Below are positions 52,748 through 62,905 of a stretch of 64,000 bases of DNA, in pieces. The translations under genes and the position numbers were made by a program. The DNA is from an uncultured virus (IMG/VR IMGVR_UViG_3300025470_000020) (Duplodnaviria > Heunggongvirae > Uroviricota > Caudoviricetes): IMG/VR virus record IMGVR_UViG_3300025470_000020. One strand, written 5' to 3'. How positions within the stretch are numbered: position 1 is the stretch's first letter; each line of letters starts with the position of its first letter. The notes beneath the pieces were generated by a model. That model saw nothing but the letters and a program-made list of their open reading frames with translations, had not been told where the DNA came from and made no database searches.

Positions 52748-54650
52748 TTTTCTTCTTCTTCTTTAATGAATAGTCATTTTGTATATGTCTAATAGGGTCT
52801 TTATAACTGTCCATACGTTCTTTATTGTCTGAACCGCCCAAGACACCACCAACACCAGATTCTACATCATTTTGAAAGCCATTAAACTCTTTAATGCTTT
52901 TTCTAAATTTATTAAACGGTTTCTTTTCTGCTAATGGATTAGGTTCTAATTTAGCACCTAGCATTGCTGTACCGTTCTGACTTGCGTTACTATATTCTCT
53001 ATCTTCGCTATATGTTTGGTCGCCAAGTCCGGCACCTGCTGCGGCACCTTGACCACCTGCTCTTGTATCGTATGTTCTTCCTAAGCCTGGTGGTTGAGTC
53101 ACTCGACCAGCACTTAATGAACTATTACCTCTTTTTAACTTCTTGTTCTTATCATTGTCATAATTAAAGTTTGGTTCTTTTGGTGGTTTATTCCAAGTTA
53201 ATGTTGGTGCTGCTTCATTATAAGCACCAGACCAAGAACCACCCGAATGACCTTGACCGTTTGGGTCTTTTCTAGGTAATACATTACCTTTAATTTGGTC
53301 ACCTTTTAGTGTATTGTCACTTGTAACACTAAATCTACTTGTGCGATTATCTCTTTTAATATCTGCAGGACCTTTTGCTTTATAGAAAGCATTATATTTA
53401 CCTACAGTTTTAAGTTGAATACCTTTGGCATCTTTTTCATTGAATAATTCATTAACTTTTTCATTCAAGTTAATGTTTCTCAAATACCAATCATCAACTG
53501 TTTCGTTTATCGCCTTAGCATCTAAAAATATCTTTGTTGATTGATAGATGTCATTGATATCTTCTTCTTTTGTATCAATATAACCTGTATTATCAAAGGC
53601 AACAAAGTTGTTAAATGCCTCAATGAAATATTTAGTATTTTCTTGAGATTTACTCCACTTATCCTGTCTAATAGATTCAACCATCATTCTGGATAGTAAA
53701 GTATTTCTTTCTTTAGATACTTCGTTAGTTGTATTGACAAAAATCATCATGGTTTCGTAACCAAGTTCTTCTAATTCTTCTTTGATATGATTGATTTTTT
53801 CTAAATCATCAGCTGGACCGTTGATAATTAATGGACCTCTTGTTCTGACTGCTTCATTTCTAGGATTCATTGATTTCATAGCAAGTTTTTGTTTATCGTT
53901 AAGAATATCTACCACTTGTGTAAAGTTTAATTCAGTAATCTTTGATTCAGCAATAGCTTCACGAATAACAATATCTTTACCTGAACCTGGACCACCAGTC
54001 ACAAATATTGCTTTAAACATACCTCTATCGAATTGTTCATTAAGACCCATGCCTCTACGAACATCTTTCATTAATTCTCTAGCGTGATGGTCAGGAACAT
54101 GAGATGGAACACCTTGTCTAAATGATGAGAAATCATTGTTCTTAGCGTGTTCTCTCATCTTTGTACCAGACATACCTTCTGCACCTTCCGAATCTGGATC
54201 ACGATGGCCTGCTGACTTAACTTCTATCTTTTTGAAATTGAAGTAACCGTGTTGTCCTTCTTTACCATTGTATTTGTGTAATAAGTCCTGATATTCTTTA
54301 ACTCTATCAGAACCAGCAACCATAATCAAATGGTCGTGTCCTTGAGCATGCAATTTAGCAGCATGATGTAATATAGTTGGATGGTCTTTTGAAGATGTTT
54401 CAAAATTAGTACCAGGTGAATATCTTTTTAAATGTTTAAGTTTTTGTTGGCCTGATAATGGATTTCTTTTTGAATCTTGTGTATGAGTAACAATAACTTT
54501 ATGTTTAGCTTTGTTTTTATCTGCTATTTCTCTAACCTTATCAATAAGTTTTAGATGACCTGATGTAGGAGGATTCATACGACCAAAACCTACCACCACA
54601 GGTTTATGTGTCGATTGTTTTTCTTCTACTAATTCTAAAAAGGTCTTCAT
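52734..54650 (-). CDS. HxGH-type nucleotidyl(cytidyl)transferase fused to a P-loop kinase-like domain
   Basis: FGRMNPPTSGH..L, GSDRV, SAG.RDPD..G..GMS.TKMR; then FKAIFVTGGPGSGKD. Confidence 0.8.
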   Translation of the reverse strand: MKTFLELVEEKQSTHKPVVVGFGRMNPPTSGHLKLIDKVREIADKNKAKHKVIVTHTQDSKRNPLSGQQKLKHLKRYSPGTNFETSSKDHPTILHHAAKLHAQGHDHLIMVAGSDRVKEYQDLLHKYNGKEGQHGYFNFKKIEVKSAGHRDPDSEGAEGMSGTKMREHAKNNDFSSFRQGVPSHVPDHHARELMKDVRRGMGLNEQFDRGMFKAIFVTGGPGSGKDIVIREAIAESKITELNFTQVVDILNDKQKLAMKSMNPRNEAVRTRGPLIINGPADDLEKINHIKEELEELGYETMMIFVNTTNEVSKERNTLLSRMMVESIRQDKWSKSQENTKYFIEAFNNFVAFDNTGYIDTKEEDINDIYQSTKIFLDAKAINETVDDWYLRNINLNEKVNELFNEKDAKGIQLKTVGKYNAFYKAKGPADIKRDNRTSRFSVTSDNTLKGDQIKGNVLPRKDPNGQGHSGGSWSGAYNEAAPTLTWNKPPKEPNFNYDNDKNKKLKRGNSSLSAGRVTQPPGLGRTYDTRAGGQGAAAGAGLGDQTYSEDREYSNASQNGTAMLGAKLEPNPLAEKKPFNKFRKSIKEFNGFQNDVESGVGGVLGGSDNKERMDSYKDPIRHIQNDYSLKKKKKNAKI

Positions 54651-55828
54651 TTTCTCACTTTTAAAAGGTTGGCTTTACTAAATTCTGCTCTATTAACTAA
54701 TTTTGTTGGTTCACCAGCATGATTGATAACAAACCCTTCTGGATTTGTTCTCTTTTTACCAATATGGTGTTCTAAACCGCCCTCATGTTGGTTTAAATTA
54801 TTAACTAATATATCTTTTGCTTGCTGTAAATGATGATGCATTTTCAACAAATTATTATAGTGTTCTTTATTGTTATCTATATGGTCTGCATGCTTATTAG
54901 CTTCACTTGCTTTACGAGATTGTGCTGCTGGTGTTTTTAACTTATCAATCTCTTTTTTATACTTACTAGCTATATGCTTTTTAAGTCCTTCAGCAGATGG
55001 AGTTTCACCTGTTCTGACTGTATGATTTATATATGTTGCTAAATGCCCAGCATCTCCTTGATGTGGTTGTGTAGCTTTATACATTGTTGATTTATGTTCA
55101 TCATGTATTGCTTTTGCTGCGGCCATATGAGAATTAAATTCTTTTTGGTCATTTTCTGAATAATGGACTTGTTTAGTATCGTGATTGGCTGATTTGTGCC
55201 ATACATCTGGATGTTGTGCGAAGTTATGTAAATCTGGATGTGGGTCTGCTTTCATTGAAGCAATATTGTCACCATGATATTGTGTGTGAACAATAACACC
55301 CATTTTAGATTTTCTAATCTTATTTGCTTCTTCACCTTTTCCTGTATATGTAATGGTATTAGGAGTGAAAGAAACACCGTTTTTAGTTTCTTTTTTATCA
55401 GTTGAACCAAACATCATATCACCTTGATAAACGCCTGTTTTAGGTGATACTTTTTTGAGATGATTTAAAGCGTCATGGAGTTTGTCCATAAGACCAGGCG
55501 CATGGCCGTGATTCTTTTCTATATCCTTATGGGTATAATTCAACTTTGGATTTTTATTGAATGCTGATTTGGATGCTACAAAGAATTTACCTGTTTCTGG
55601 ATGATGACCAAAAACAACAGCAGGCGAACCATCATATTTCATTGTTAATGCTGAACTGTGACCGCCAGATTTTATGTGTTCGTGCGCTTGATTTAATGCA
55701 TTGAAGGCGTGAGTAAAACCTTTGCCACCATGTAATAAAGGCCTGTCTTCAGCATGATGAATGTGCTTAAGTTTGCCTTCTGGTGATGGCTCGTATTCTT
55801 CTTTTAAAAACGTCTTGAATGTTATCAT
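54647..55828 (-). CDS. DUF6267-like protein with ATP-dependent ligase-type motifs
   Basis: HIHHAED, KYDG, YQGD, PEGFV, KLV.R.EFS..N; start 55828 (MITFKTFLKEE). Confidence 0.7.
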   Translation of the reverse strand: MITFKTFLKEEYEPSPEGKLKHIHHAEDRPLLHGGKGFTHAFNALNQAHEHIKSGGHSSALTMKYDGSPAVVFGHHPETGKFFVASKSAFNKNPKLNYTHKDIEKNHGHAPGLMDKLHDALNHLKKVSPKTGVYQGDMMFGSTDKKETKNGVSFTPNTITYTGKGEEANKIRKSKMGVIVHTQYHGDNIASMKADPHPDLHNFAQHPDVWHKSANHDTKQVHYSENDQKEFNSHMAAAKAIHDEHKSTMYKATQPHQGDAGHLATYINHTVRTGETPSAEGLKKHIASKYKKEIDKLKTPAAQSRKASEANKHADHIDNNKEHYNNLLKMHHHLQQAKDILVNNLNQHEGGLEHHIGKKRTNPEGFVINHAGEPTKLVNRAEFSKANLLKVRK

Positions 55829-55875
55829 TAAATCTTTCTGACTGCAACACACTATGGTTGCCTGTAACGATTACC

Positions 55876-55883
55876 TATTTATA
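55876..55883 (-). promoter_or_regulatory. T4-type late promoter TATAAATA
   Basis: Exact match heading the 55.8-47 kb block. Confidence 0.75.
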
Positions 55884-55924
55884 CAACTTTGATGCTTTTG
55901 CTTTTGGAACGCTAGAATTGTTGG

Positions 55925-56395
55925 CTATGATATATAGATATCGGAAAATTGAGTTTTGGTAATAATAGATACAAAATCCGAACAAATTCCATAACAATCA
56001 GGATTATATCCTTTAGAGATATCATTGTTCCATTCAGGTAAAACACAAATACTATTCTTGGTTAATGGTTTATCTGGATAAGTCCAAATATAACCTTTAG
56101 AAGTTAAAGTGAAGTTATCTTCTTGATGCCAAAAGAAATTTAATTTTGAATCGGCACCCAATACATATAGAGCATCTAAATTTTTTGCGTGAATCCAAAA
56201 TCTAGAATCTTCTAAAAAACTATATTCAACTTTGTATGTTGGACTATCATGGCCAAGATACCATTGATTATCTACAAACCAAACATCAACTTCAACATCA
56301 AATCCTTTAATTAAAGCTTGATTGATTTGAGTAGGACTATTTTCTTTATCTTTATCTGGACCATCAAAAAGACCACGATGTGCAATATATTTCAT
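55925..56395 (-). CDS. glycerophosphodiester phosphodiesterase-like protein
   Basis: IAHRG...ENSP...GFDVEVDVW...LGHD...WIHAKN...FWHQ.D...GICSD. Confidence 0.8.
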   Translation of the reverse strand: MKYIAHRGLFDGPDKDKENSPTQINQALIKGFDVEVDVWFVDNQWYLGHDSPTYKVEYSFLEDSRFWIHAKNLDALYVLGADSKLNFFWHQEDNFTLTSKGYIWTYPDKPLTKNSICVLPEWNNDISKGYNPDCYGICSDFVSIITKTQFSDIYIS

Positions 56396-57093
56396 TTTAT
56401 AATATAAGCGGTTGGCGCTTTAATACCGGTTGTATGTAATGTTAGACCCATTTCTTTAATAAAATCATCTGCACCATTCGATTCACTCCAACTATGATAA
56501 GCATATTCATCAAATACAATTACTCCGCCAGTTACAATATTATTCCAAAATGTTTTGAGTGCTGCATATGTTGGTTTATCTAGGTCCATATCCAAATACA
56601 ATATACTGATTCTTAAACCTGGTTTTTCTTCTACTGTATTTTGTGAGGTTTCAATGATATCACCTTTAATCAACTCAAACTTTGATGAATCAAAACCAGC
56701 ATTAATAATTTTATTTTGAATTCCTTCATACGAAACATCATCTACAATTAAATTTTTATCTCTTGTAAAAACTTGCTTCATTGTATCTTTATCTACACCA
56801 GTTTTCATATCATCAACAAAACTTGGATCAAAAAAATCATAACCCATTACTTTCTTGATACTATTAGGTTCGTTCATGGCCAATATTTTTAACCATGCCA
56901 AGATTCCTGAACCTTTGAAAACTCCACACTCAACAATATCGCCAGGTAGATGTTTTGTCATTTCATAGAAATACATTTTACTGTATAACTTATTAAACAC
57001 AACTCTATCATTACTAAACATAAAGTTATTGTAACTGTCATACATATTTTGATTTTTTTGGATATCGGAATTGTCGTTGTATAGATTTGTCAT
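56392..57093 (-). CDS. TylF/MycF-family methyltransferase
   Basis: PGDIVECGVFKG...LIKGD...LYLD.DL..PT...GGVIVFDEY. Confidence 0.85.
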   Translation of the reverse strand: MTNLYNDNSDIQKNQNMYDSYNNFMFSNDRVVFNKLYSKMYFYEMTKHLPGDIVECGVFKGSGILAWLKILAMNEPNSIKKVMGYDFFDPSFVDDMKTGVDKDTMKQVFTRDKNLIVDDVSYEGIQNKIINAGFDSSKFELIKGDIIETSQNTVEEKPGLRISILYLDMDLDKPTYAALKTFWNNIVTGGVIVFDEYAYHSWSESNGADDFIKEMGLTLHTTGIKAPTAYIIK

Positions 57094-57803
57094 AGCACTA
57101 GTTCTGTTCCATTCTTTCTTAATAGATGTTTAATTGAATTACGGACCAATTTGGTTATATTATTATGTTTAAGTGCGTTTTGTAATATGCCATGTGGAGG
57201 ACATAGATGACTATCTTCGTAGATAGGATTATAAAACTCATTAAACATAAAATCGGACATCTTAATCATGTTATCTCTTGAAGTGAAAAAGAATTGGTCA
57301 CCAGGTAAAGCATCAGCTGGGCTAGTACCGTGATGATAACCCATTTCATTTTCTTGAATATCTAATATAATAGGTTCGTCTTGATACACCAAATCAAATC
57401 GAGTGCGGACTAAAATATCATACTTAAAATTGTTTTGGTTCTCGTAATGTTGAACCATTTCTGTTGCAATTTTAAACTTACGATATTGACCATACGACTG
57501 ATAAGCATTTTCTGGTATGTTCAATTTAATTTCTCGCAGTTCATTCTTAATTATTTCGTCTACTTGAGAAAATTGTTCAATGTTTGCCAATTTAACATTT
57601 ACGTCAGATAATCCTTCAATCCATGTCTGTTCGGTAATAAGTTCATCTTGTGTATCAGTCACACCCCATCCTCTAGGATGATATCCATATCGTAAATCGT
57701 ATGAACAAATAAATGTATCAATATCTCCAAATTGTTTTAGAAAACTTGGCTTTGTTTCGTTCCAAGTTCTATAATTTCCAACAATCATTACCGCTGTTTT
57801 CAT
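57090..57803 (-). CDS. putative glycosyltransferase-like protein
   Basis: KTAV..VG..R...YD..VRTRFD...DQFF. Confidence 0.6.
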   Translation of the reverse strand: MKTAVMIVGNYRTWNETKPSFLKQFGDIDTFICSYDLRYGYHPRGWGVTDTQDELITEQTWIEGLSDVNVKLANIEQFSQVDEIIKNELREIKLNIPENAYQSYGQYRKFKIATEMVQHYENQNNFKYDILVRTRFDLVYQDEPIILDIQENEMGYHHGTSPADALPGDQFFFTSRDNMIKMSDFMFNEFYNPIYEDSHLCPPHGILQNALKHNNITKLVRNSIKHLLRKNGTELVL

Positions 57804-59179
57804 TTGTAATGCTCCAAAAAGTAATTTAAATCTTCTGGAGTACCAATACCCCACATTTTCTTAATATTTTTAACACGAATCTTTTTGCCATCACCAATAG
57901 CTTCATTGAATACAGGACAAACATAAAATTCATTATTAGTGCGAATATTCTTTTCAATCATCTGTTCTGCATACTTAACATAGTCAGAACCTTTTTTCCA
58001 ATAATAGATACCAACTGTTGCCATATTAGAAATAGGTTTCTTCTCTGCAACTTCAGATACAAAACCATCTTCACCTAACTTAGCATAAGACCATTTAGGA
58101 TGAGTGGCTTCAAAAGTAATAATGCCTCCATCGATAGAATCAGCAGTAAAGGCATATAAACATTCATTTGAATTCCATTCAACAAACTGGTCAGAGTTTG
58201 CCATCAATAGAGGTTCGTCACTATTAATTAATTCTTTAGCTAGTAACGTGGTACATGCAGCGCCTTCGGTCAAACCATCAACTTGTATAATATCACAACC
58301 GGGCGCAATCAAATTTAAAACTGATTGTAAATTATATTTCTCGTAATGTTCTTTTTGGCAAATAAAAATAAAATGTGCATCTACATTTAGATTATCCACT
58401 ACAACTTGAATCATTGGTTTACCTTTGACTTCAATCAATGGTTTAGGGAAAGTATAACCTGCTGAAGCAAATCTACTACCGGCACCTGCCATAGGAATCA
58501 ATACATTCATCTTCTTATTTCTCCAAGGTATGGATTTTATACGACCACTATCTTCAAATTCTTCAATATAGCTTAAAAAATCTTCCACATTCAAATCATA
58601 AGCATCTTTTACTGGATACAAATGTGCACCAGAGTTAAATGCGCCTTCACGGCCAATATGTGAATCTTCCACAATGATAGTATCTTTAGGTAGAGCTTTC
58701 ATCATTGTCATACATTTCCAATACATTTCAGGAAATGGTTTTGGATTAAACACATCTTCGTTGCTTACATAATAATCAACATAATTTAAAATATCCATAC
58801 ATAATAAAGATGTCTTTACTGTTTCACGAATACTGTTGGACGCTACTGCAATCTTCCATCCTTTAGAATTCAGATTATGCATTATTTTAAGAATATCAGG
58901 ATTCTTTGGTGCTGTATGAATTAAATCAAATGTTTGTTTTTGTTTTTCTTTCCAAATTTCATCATACCAATCAATATGCAAACCTTTTTCTTGAGTAAGC
59001 ATCTGTAATTTTTTTGTAGTGTTTAGTCCGTCATATTTTGATAAATGTTCTTCACGGGTAATAATATAGTTGTATGAATCGGTTACTGTATGTATAGCAC
59101 GATTGAGAGCTTCATAATGTAGCTCTCTACTGTCCATTAAAACACCATCAAGGTCAAATATAACTAACTTTACTGCCAT
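57800..59179 (-). CDS. HAD phosphatase fused to sugar-phosphate nucleotidyltransferase
   Basis: IFDLDGVL...KP.P...VEDS..G; then IPMAGAGSRF...PKPLI...AEKKPIS...GTPEDL. Confidence 0.9.
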   Translation of the reverse strand: MAVKLVIFDLDGVLMDSRELHYEALNRAIHTVTDSYNYIITREEHLSKYDGLNTTKKLQMLTQEKGLHIDWYDEIWKEKQKQTFDLIHTAPKNPDILKIMHNLNSKGWKIAVASNSIRETVKTSLLCMDILNYVDYYVSNEDVFNPKPFPEMYWKCMTMMKALPKDTIIVEDSHIGREGAFNSGAHLYPVKDAYDLNVEDFLSYIEEFEDSGRIKSIPWRNKKMNVLIPMAGAGSRFASAGYTFPKPLIEVKGKPMIQVVVDNLNVDAHFIFICQKEHYEKYNLQSVLNLIAPGCDIIQVDGLTEGAACTTLLAKELINSDEPLLMANSDQFVEWNSNECLYAFTADSIDGGIITFEATHPKWSYAKLGEDGFVSEVAEKKPISNMATVGIYYWKKGSDYVKYAEQMIEKNIRTNNEFYVCPVFNEAIGDGKKIRVKNIKKMWGIGTPEDLNYFLEHYK

Positions 59180-59880
59180 GTTGTTCCTTCTAAATCTAGC
59201 CAATACTTAACTATTTTACCTTTGCCTTCTAAAAGATAGAATGGTAAACAATGCATTAAACCCCGACCAGAATTATAGTATAACAGATTTGCTGGTGCTC
59301 TGTCAAGCGACCAAGCAAAATGGCTAGTACCTGTGTCACCACCAATGAATGTTTCGGCAGTCATAATGTGGTATAAATTTTGGTCAAAATTGGTAGAGTA
59401 TCTCCAGCCTTCAAACTCACAGGCTTTGGCAAAATGGTCATGCACACAAATTACCTTTTCATAATCCTTATATTCATTCGTTGAATACTTTGCAATAATT
59501 TCCTCAAAGACGTGGCGAGGCCAATTACGATATACATTATATGGAGCATCAAAGATTGGACAAACTACAATCTTCTTTTGCATAGGTTCATTATTTGGTA
59601 TAATAACATTGTCACCAATGATATCACGGAAATCCCAAAGATTGACTCTTCGCCACGCTAATTCTTTATCACCAGGTTCAGTAGAAAAATAATCTGTATT
59701 CTTTAACATAAACTGGTAAAACTTCTGCACATAATCGGCAGAATTAACTGAGCCTTGTTTCATATGAAACTTAATTTCTGGTGTTTGTTTTCTTAAATGT
59801 GCTATAACATTTGCAACACCAATTAAATCACCATTACGAAGTGGACCACCAAACACTCCTTCAATAATATTGATAATCAC
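59170..59880 (-). CDS. GT9-like glycosyltransferase
   Basis: GD...RNWP...FIGGDTGTSH.A. Confidence 0.65.
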   Translation of the reverse strand: MIINIIEGVFGGPLRNGDLIGVANVIAHLRKQTPEIKFHMKQGSVNSADYVQKFYQFMLKNTDYFSTEPGDKELAWRRVNLWDFRDIIGDNVIIPNNEPMQKKIVVCPIFDAPYNVYRNWPRHVFEEIIAKYSTNEYKDYEKVICVHDHFAKACEFEGWRYSTNFDQNLYHIMTAETFIGGDTGTSHFAWSLDRAPANLLYYNSGRGLMHCLPFYLLEGKGKIVKYWLDLEGTTWQ

Positions 59881-60620
59881 AATAAACTTTCTAATTCATT
59901 ATTATGCACTAGTTTAGATTTACGGTCCAAATAGAAATGTTTTTTAAATACTTGATTAATATCTTTACCATTATCCCAATAACAATTATCACCTTTTCTG
60001 AATTCAGGATTCCAATCTTCTGCTTTCCATACAACATAAGAGGAAACATTTAATAAGTCTGCAAGAACGGCCACACCAGTAAAATTAGTAATGAAAGGTT
60101 TCTTTAGATTTTTAATGATGTATGCGTTAGTCAATAATGAATTTTCATACGATAAGAATTTAAAATCTTTTAAATGAGATAGAACAGCAGTTGCTCTTCT
60201 ATCATCTGTGCCTGGTGCATCCCATCGGTCACCACAGTAATAAGCATCTTCAATTTCAATATCTAATTCAGGTACTTTAATTTCTACATCATCATCAACT
60301 TCAAATTCTAAATTAGGATAGTTATCTCTCAACCAGTTTTCATAACGACAAGTTTCAATTGGTCGATTTGGATTACTTTGTTCTTCTCTAGTCCAAGAAC
60401 TGAGGTTAATGATACTGCCATACACAAAAACATCACTATCAAACTCAACTGAAGAAAAGATATCTTGATAATTCAAAAACTCTTTGATACCTTTAAATTT
60501 ATTCAAATCTCTTTTAACAATGAGGTCAAATTTTCCATATTGTTTATAAAGACCAGACAAAACAGGAAAGCCATTTAAAAAATCACCTAAGTTGGCAGTT
60601 GAGCTAAGATATACTTGCAT
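59877..60620 (-). CDS. GT9-like / hypothetical glycosyltransferase
   Basis: NLGD....PVL...FITNFTGVAVLA; cluster context. Confidence 0.5.
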   Translation of the reverse strand: MQVYLSSTANLGDFLNGFPVLSGLYKQYGKFDLIVKRDLNKFKGIKEFLNYQDIFSSVEFDSDVFVYGSIINLSSWTREEQSNPNRPIETCRYENWLRDNYPNLEFEVDDDVEIKVPELDIEIEDAYYCGDRWDAPGTDDRRATAVLSHLKDFKFLSYENSLLTNAYIIKNLKKPFITNFTGVAVLADLLNVSSYVVWKAEDWNPEFRKGDNCYWDNGKDINQVFKKHFYLDRKSKLVHNNELESLL

Positions 60621-60622
60621 GA

Positions 60623-61246
60623 TTATCTCTTTTTTGCAATAATAGTTAAAATGTTTGGAAGGTATGAAACCGGTTTACGAATTTCATCCTCATGATTACA
60701 GATATACATTGGTATGAATCCTGCTTTGTCTATCAATGTAATTAATCCATGAGAATCAAAATGATGGAAGTGTTCATTTTCTTTACGGTGTTTCCATGTT
60801 CTAAACCATTCAGCACCCATTCTTTCGTGCATCCATGGTAATGATATCATAACATATTTTGTGTTAATTGAACCGAGAAACTCATGGATATTTGGAGAAG
60901 GAATATGTTCAATAGAATCAAAGAATGTAATGACATCAACTTCAACATCTTTGACATTAGCCACAAACTCCACATCATTTGGGAGAGGATAGTTTGATAT
61001 ATCATGTCCAAAACATTTCTTACCATTCATGTGAGCATACTTCAGAAATGCTCCATCACCATAACCAAAGTCACATATAGAATCAAACTTAACATATTTT
61101 GAAAGTAAATCAAAACGTAATTTGGACATACTAAAGTCCATTTTAGTATAATACTGCATATAGTTAGTATCATACTTCATAATTTCACCGGTAGGTTTAC
61201 TTTGAAACCAATGTCCAGGTTCTATCAATTCATAATTATCAATCAT
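60623..61246 (-). CDS. class I SAM-dependent methyltransferase
   Basis: DFGYGDGAFL, G.DIS, VITFFDSIEH, EHFHHF. Confidence 0.85.
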   Translation of the reverse strand: MIDNYELIEPGHWFQSKPTGEIMKYDTNYMQYYTKMDFSMSKLRFDLLSKYVKFDSICDFGYGDGAFLKYAHMNGKKCFGHDISNYPLPNDVEFVANVKDVEVDVITFFDSIEHIPSPNIHEFLGSINTKYVMISLPWMHERMGAEWFRTWKHRKENEHFHHFDSHGLITLIDKAGFIPMYICNHEDEIRKPVSYLPNILTIIAKKR

Positions 61247-61247
61247 A

Positions 61248-62063
61248 TTAAACTTTATTATTAAATTTATTAAACAATACAAATGGATCGTGACCAAGCT
61301 GATGGTCAGGAATCTGATGCAATTCAAATACCTTAGGTTCATTTATATATGACTGTAGCCATAGACCTTGGTCATCATCAACTAAACCTTTTTCTTGTAA
61401 ATCAACAAAAGATTGTGTCATTAGGTCGGACATTTTTTGCCACATATCTTTATGAGCCACCACTTTTGCACCCAAGATATAAACATCATTATTAAGAACA
61501 GCGTGGTCTATTGGTTTATCATCATATGGTTTGTAATTGAATAGGTGAATTTTTGTTTCATCAAAATCATATTCCCATATTTTACTAGCAGGAATATTAT
61601 TTTCACTACGGCAATAACCAAAATCAATCCATGCAACCATATCATTTTGTGTATAATTATATTTGACAGCCATATTTGCAAAGTATGCTTTCAGATTAGT
61701 CACAAGAACATAATCAGGATTCCAATATTCTGGATTTCTTACTTGTTGAGGATTAACTTTCTTTTGGAATTCAGGATCTTTTTGAACATTAATGATTAAA
61801 TCTCTCATATTAGAAAAATGACTATTCACATCAATTGGAATAATTTTTGTTGTGTCTAAACGGTCTTTACATATATCAATTACCTTATGTTTTAAATCAT
61901 CTGACGTGAAAACAGTAATGTCATTTTCCAATTTGCATAGATTACTAAATCTTTCTAGATAAGTATCAGTTGTTCTATGCAAATAATGCGGTAGTCCTTT
62001 ATCTGGTGTCCATTCACCACGACCAATATCAAAGAAAGCCGTTACTATTGAAATTTTACTCAT
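61248..62063 (-). CDS. HtrL/YibB (WlaTC)-family glycosyltransferase-like protein
   Basis: IVTAFFDIGRG.W...Y...F..L...AWIDFGY.R...DDDQ. Confidence 0.8.
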   Translation of the reverse strand: MSKISIVTAFFDIGRGEWTPDKGLPHYLHRTTDTYLERFSNLCKLENDITVFTSDDLKHKVIDICKDRLDTTKIIPIDVNSHFSNMRDLIINVQKDPEFQKKVNPQQVRNPEYWNPDYVLVTNLKAYFANMAVKYNYTQNDMVAWIDFGYCRSENNIPASKIWEYDFDETKIHLFNYKPYDDKPIDHAVLNNDVYILGAKVVAHKDMWQKMSDLMTQSFVDLQEKGLVDDDQGLWLQSYINEPKVFELHQIPDHQLGHDPFVLFNKFNNKV

Positions 62064-62905
62064 TATGCAGTCCTGTAAACAAACATCTGTGATTCATCAT
62101 CTTGTCCATATGTTACACGAACAAACTCTTTCCATTGTGGAACTCTATCATATTGATGAACAATAGCAAATGGTTTATCTTTGTAATACACGATACCATC
62201 TTTTACTGTTGGTTCATCACATAATAAATTTGGTCTAAATCTGTTAATCTTTGAAGGGTCAGCAACTGTGCCGGCTTCACAAGCCCAATCGACTGTCTTA
62301 AAAACTATATCTTTAAATGGTTGTGTATTGATTAACACATTGAATACTGCTTGGTCGACAATTGGAATAGGTCTATTAACTCCGTTGGTGAAAATATGAA
62401 ACACCATATCTTTTACATATTCTGCTTGACCACCAAATGTTCCAACATTAAAGATTTCTTTATCTTTGAATAATTCATAAACATATGGACCGTATGCTTG
62501 TTTGAGATTTTCATCACCCCAAGATTCATCTTCATATTTTAATCCTTCTGAAGCAATAACAAGTTTATGGTTTCCACTTTCAATAAAATCAATTGGGTTT
62601 GTTTGAAAGTAAACATCTTTGACATCTGTTGTTACGACATATCTATAATTCGTCCATGTTGCTTGTAGATAATCATAGATGGCTAAAAATCTTGCTACAT
62701 GAATAGGAACATTATCTAAATCCGGCATAGGGATTAATATAAAGTTTCTTTTTTCTAATTCTATTATTGTATTATTATCAGTTTTACCAACAACTAAAAT
62801 TTTATCGCCTGTAAAACCACACTTATCAATTGATTCACACCAAGGTTTTAATTGATTGTAGTTATAGTTTGTAAATGCACCAATGATTAAATCTTTTTGC
62901 GCCAT
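62063..62905 (-). CDS. putative glycosyltransferase
   Basis: TDVKDVYFQ.NP...N.G...G...DQA.FN...IVHQYDR. Confidence 0.75.
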   Translation of the reverse strand: MAQKDLIIGAFTNYNYNQLKPWCESIDKCGFTGDKILVVGKTDNNTIIELEKRNFILIPMPDLDNVPIHVARFLAIYDYLQATWTNYRYVVTTDVKDVYFQTNPIDFIESGNHKLVIASEGLKYEDESWGDENLKQAYGPYVYELFKDKEIFNVGTFGGQAEYVKDMVFHIFTNGVNRPIPIVDQAVFNVLINTQPFKDIVFKTVDWACEAGTVADPSKINRFRPNLLCDEPTVKDGIVYYKDKPFAIVHQYDRVPQWKEFVRVTYGQDDESQMFVYRTA

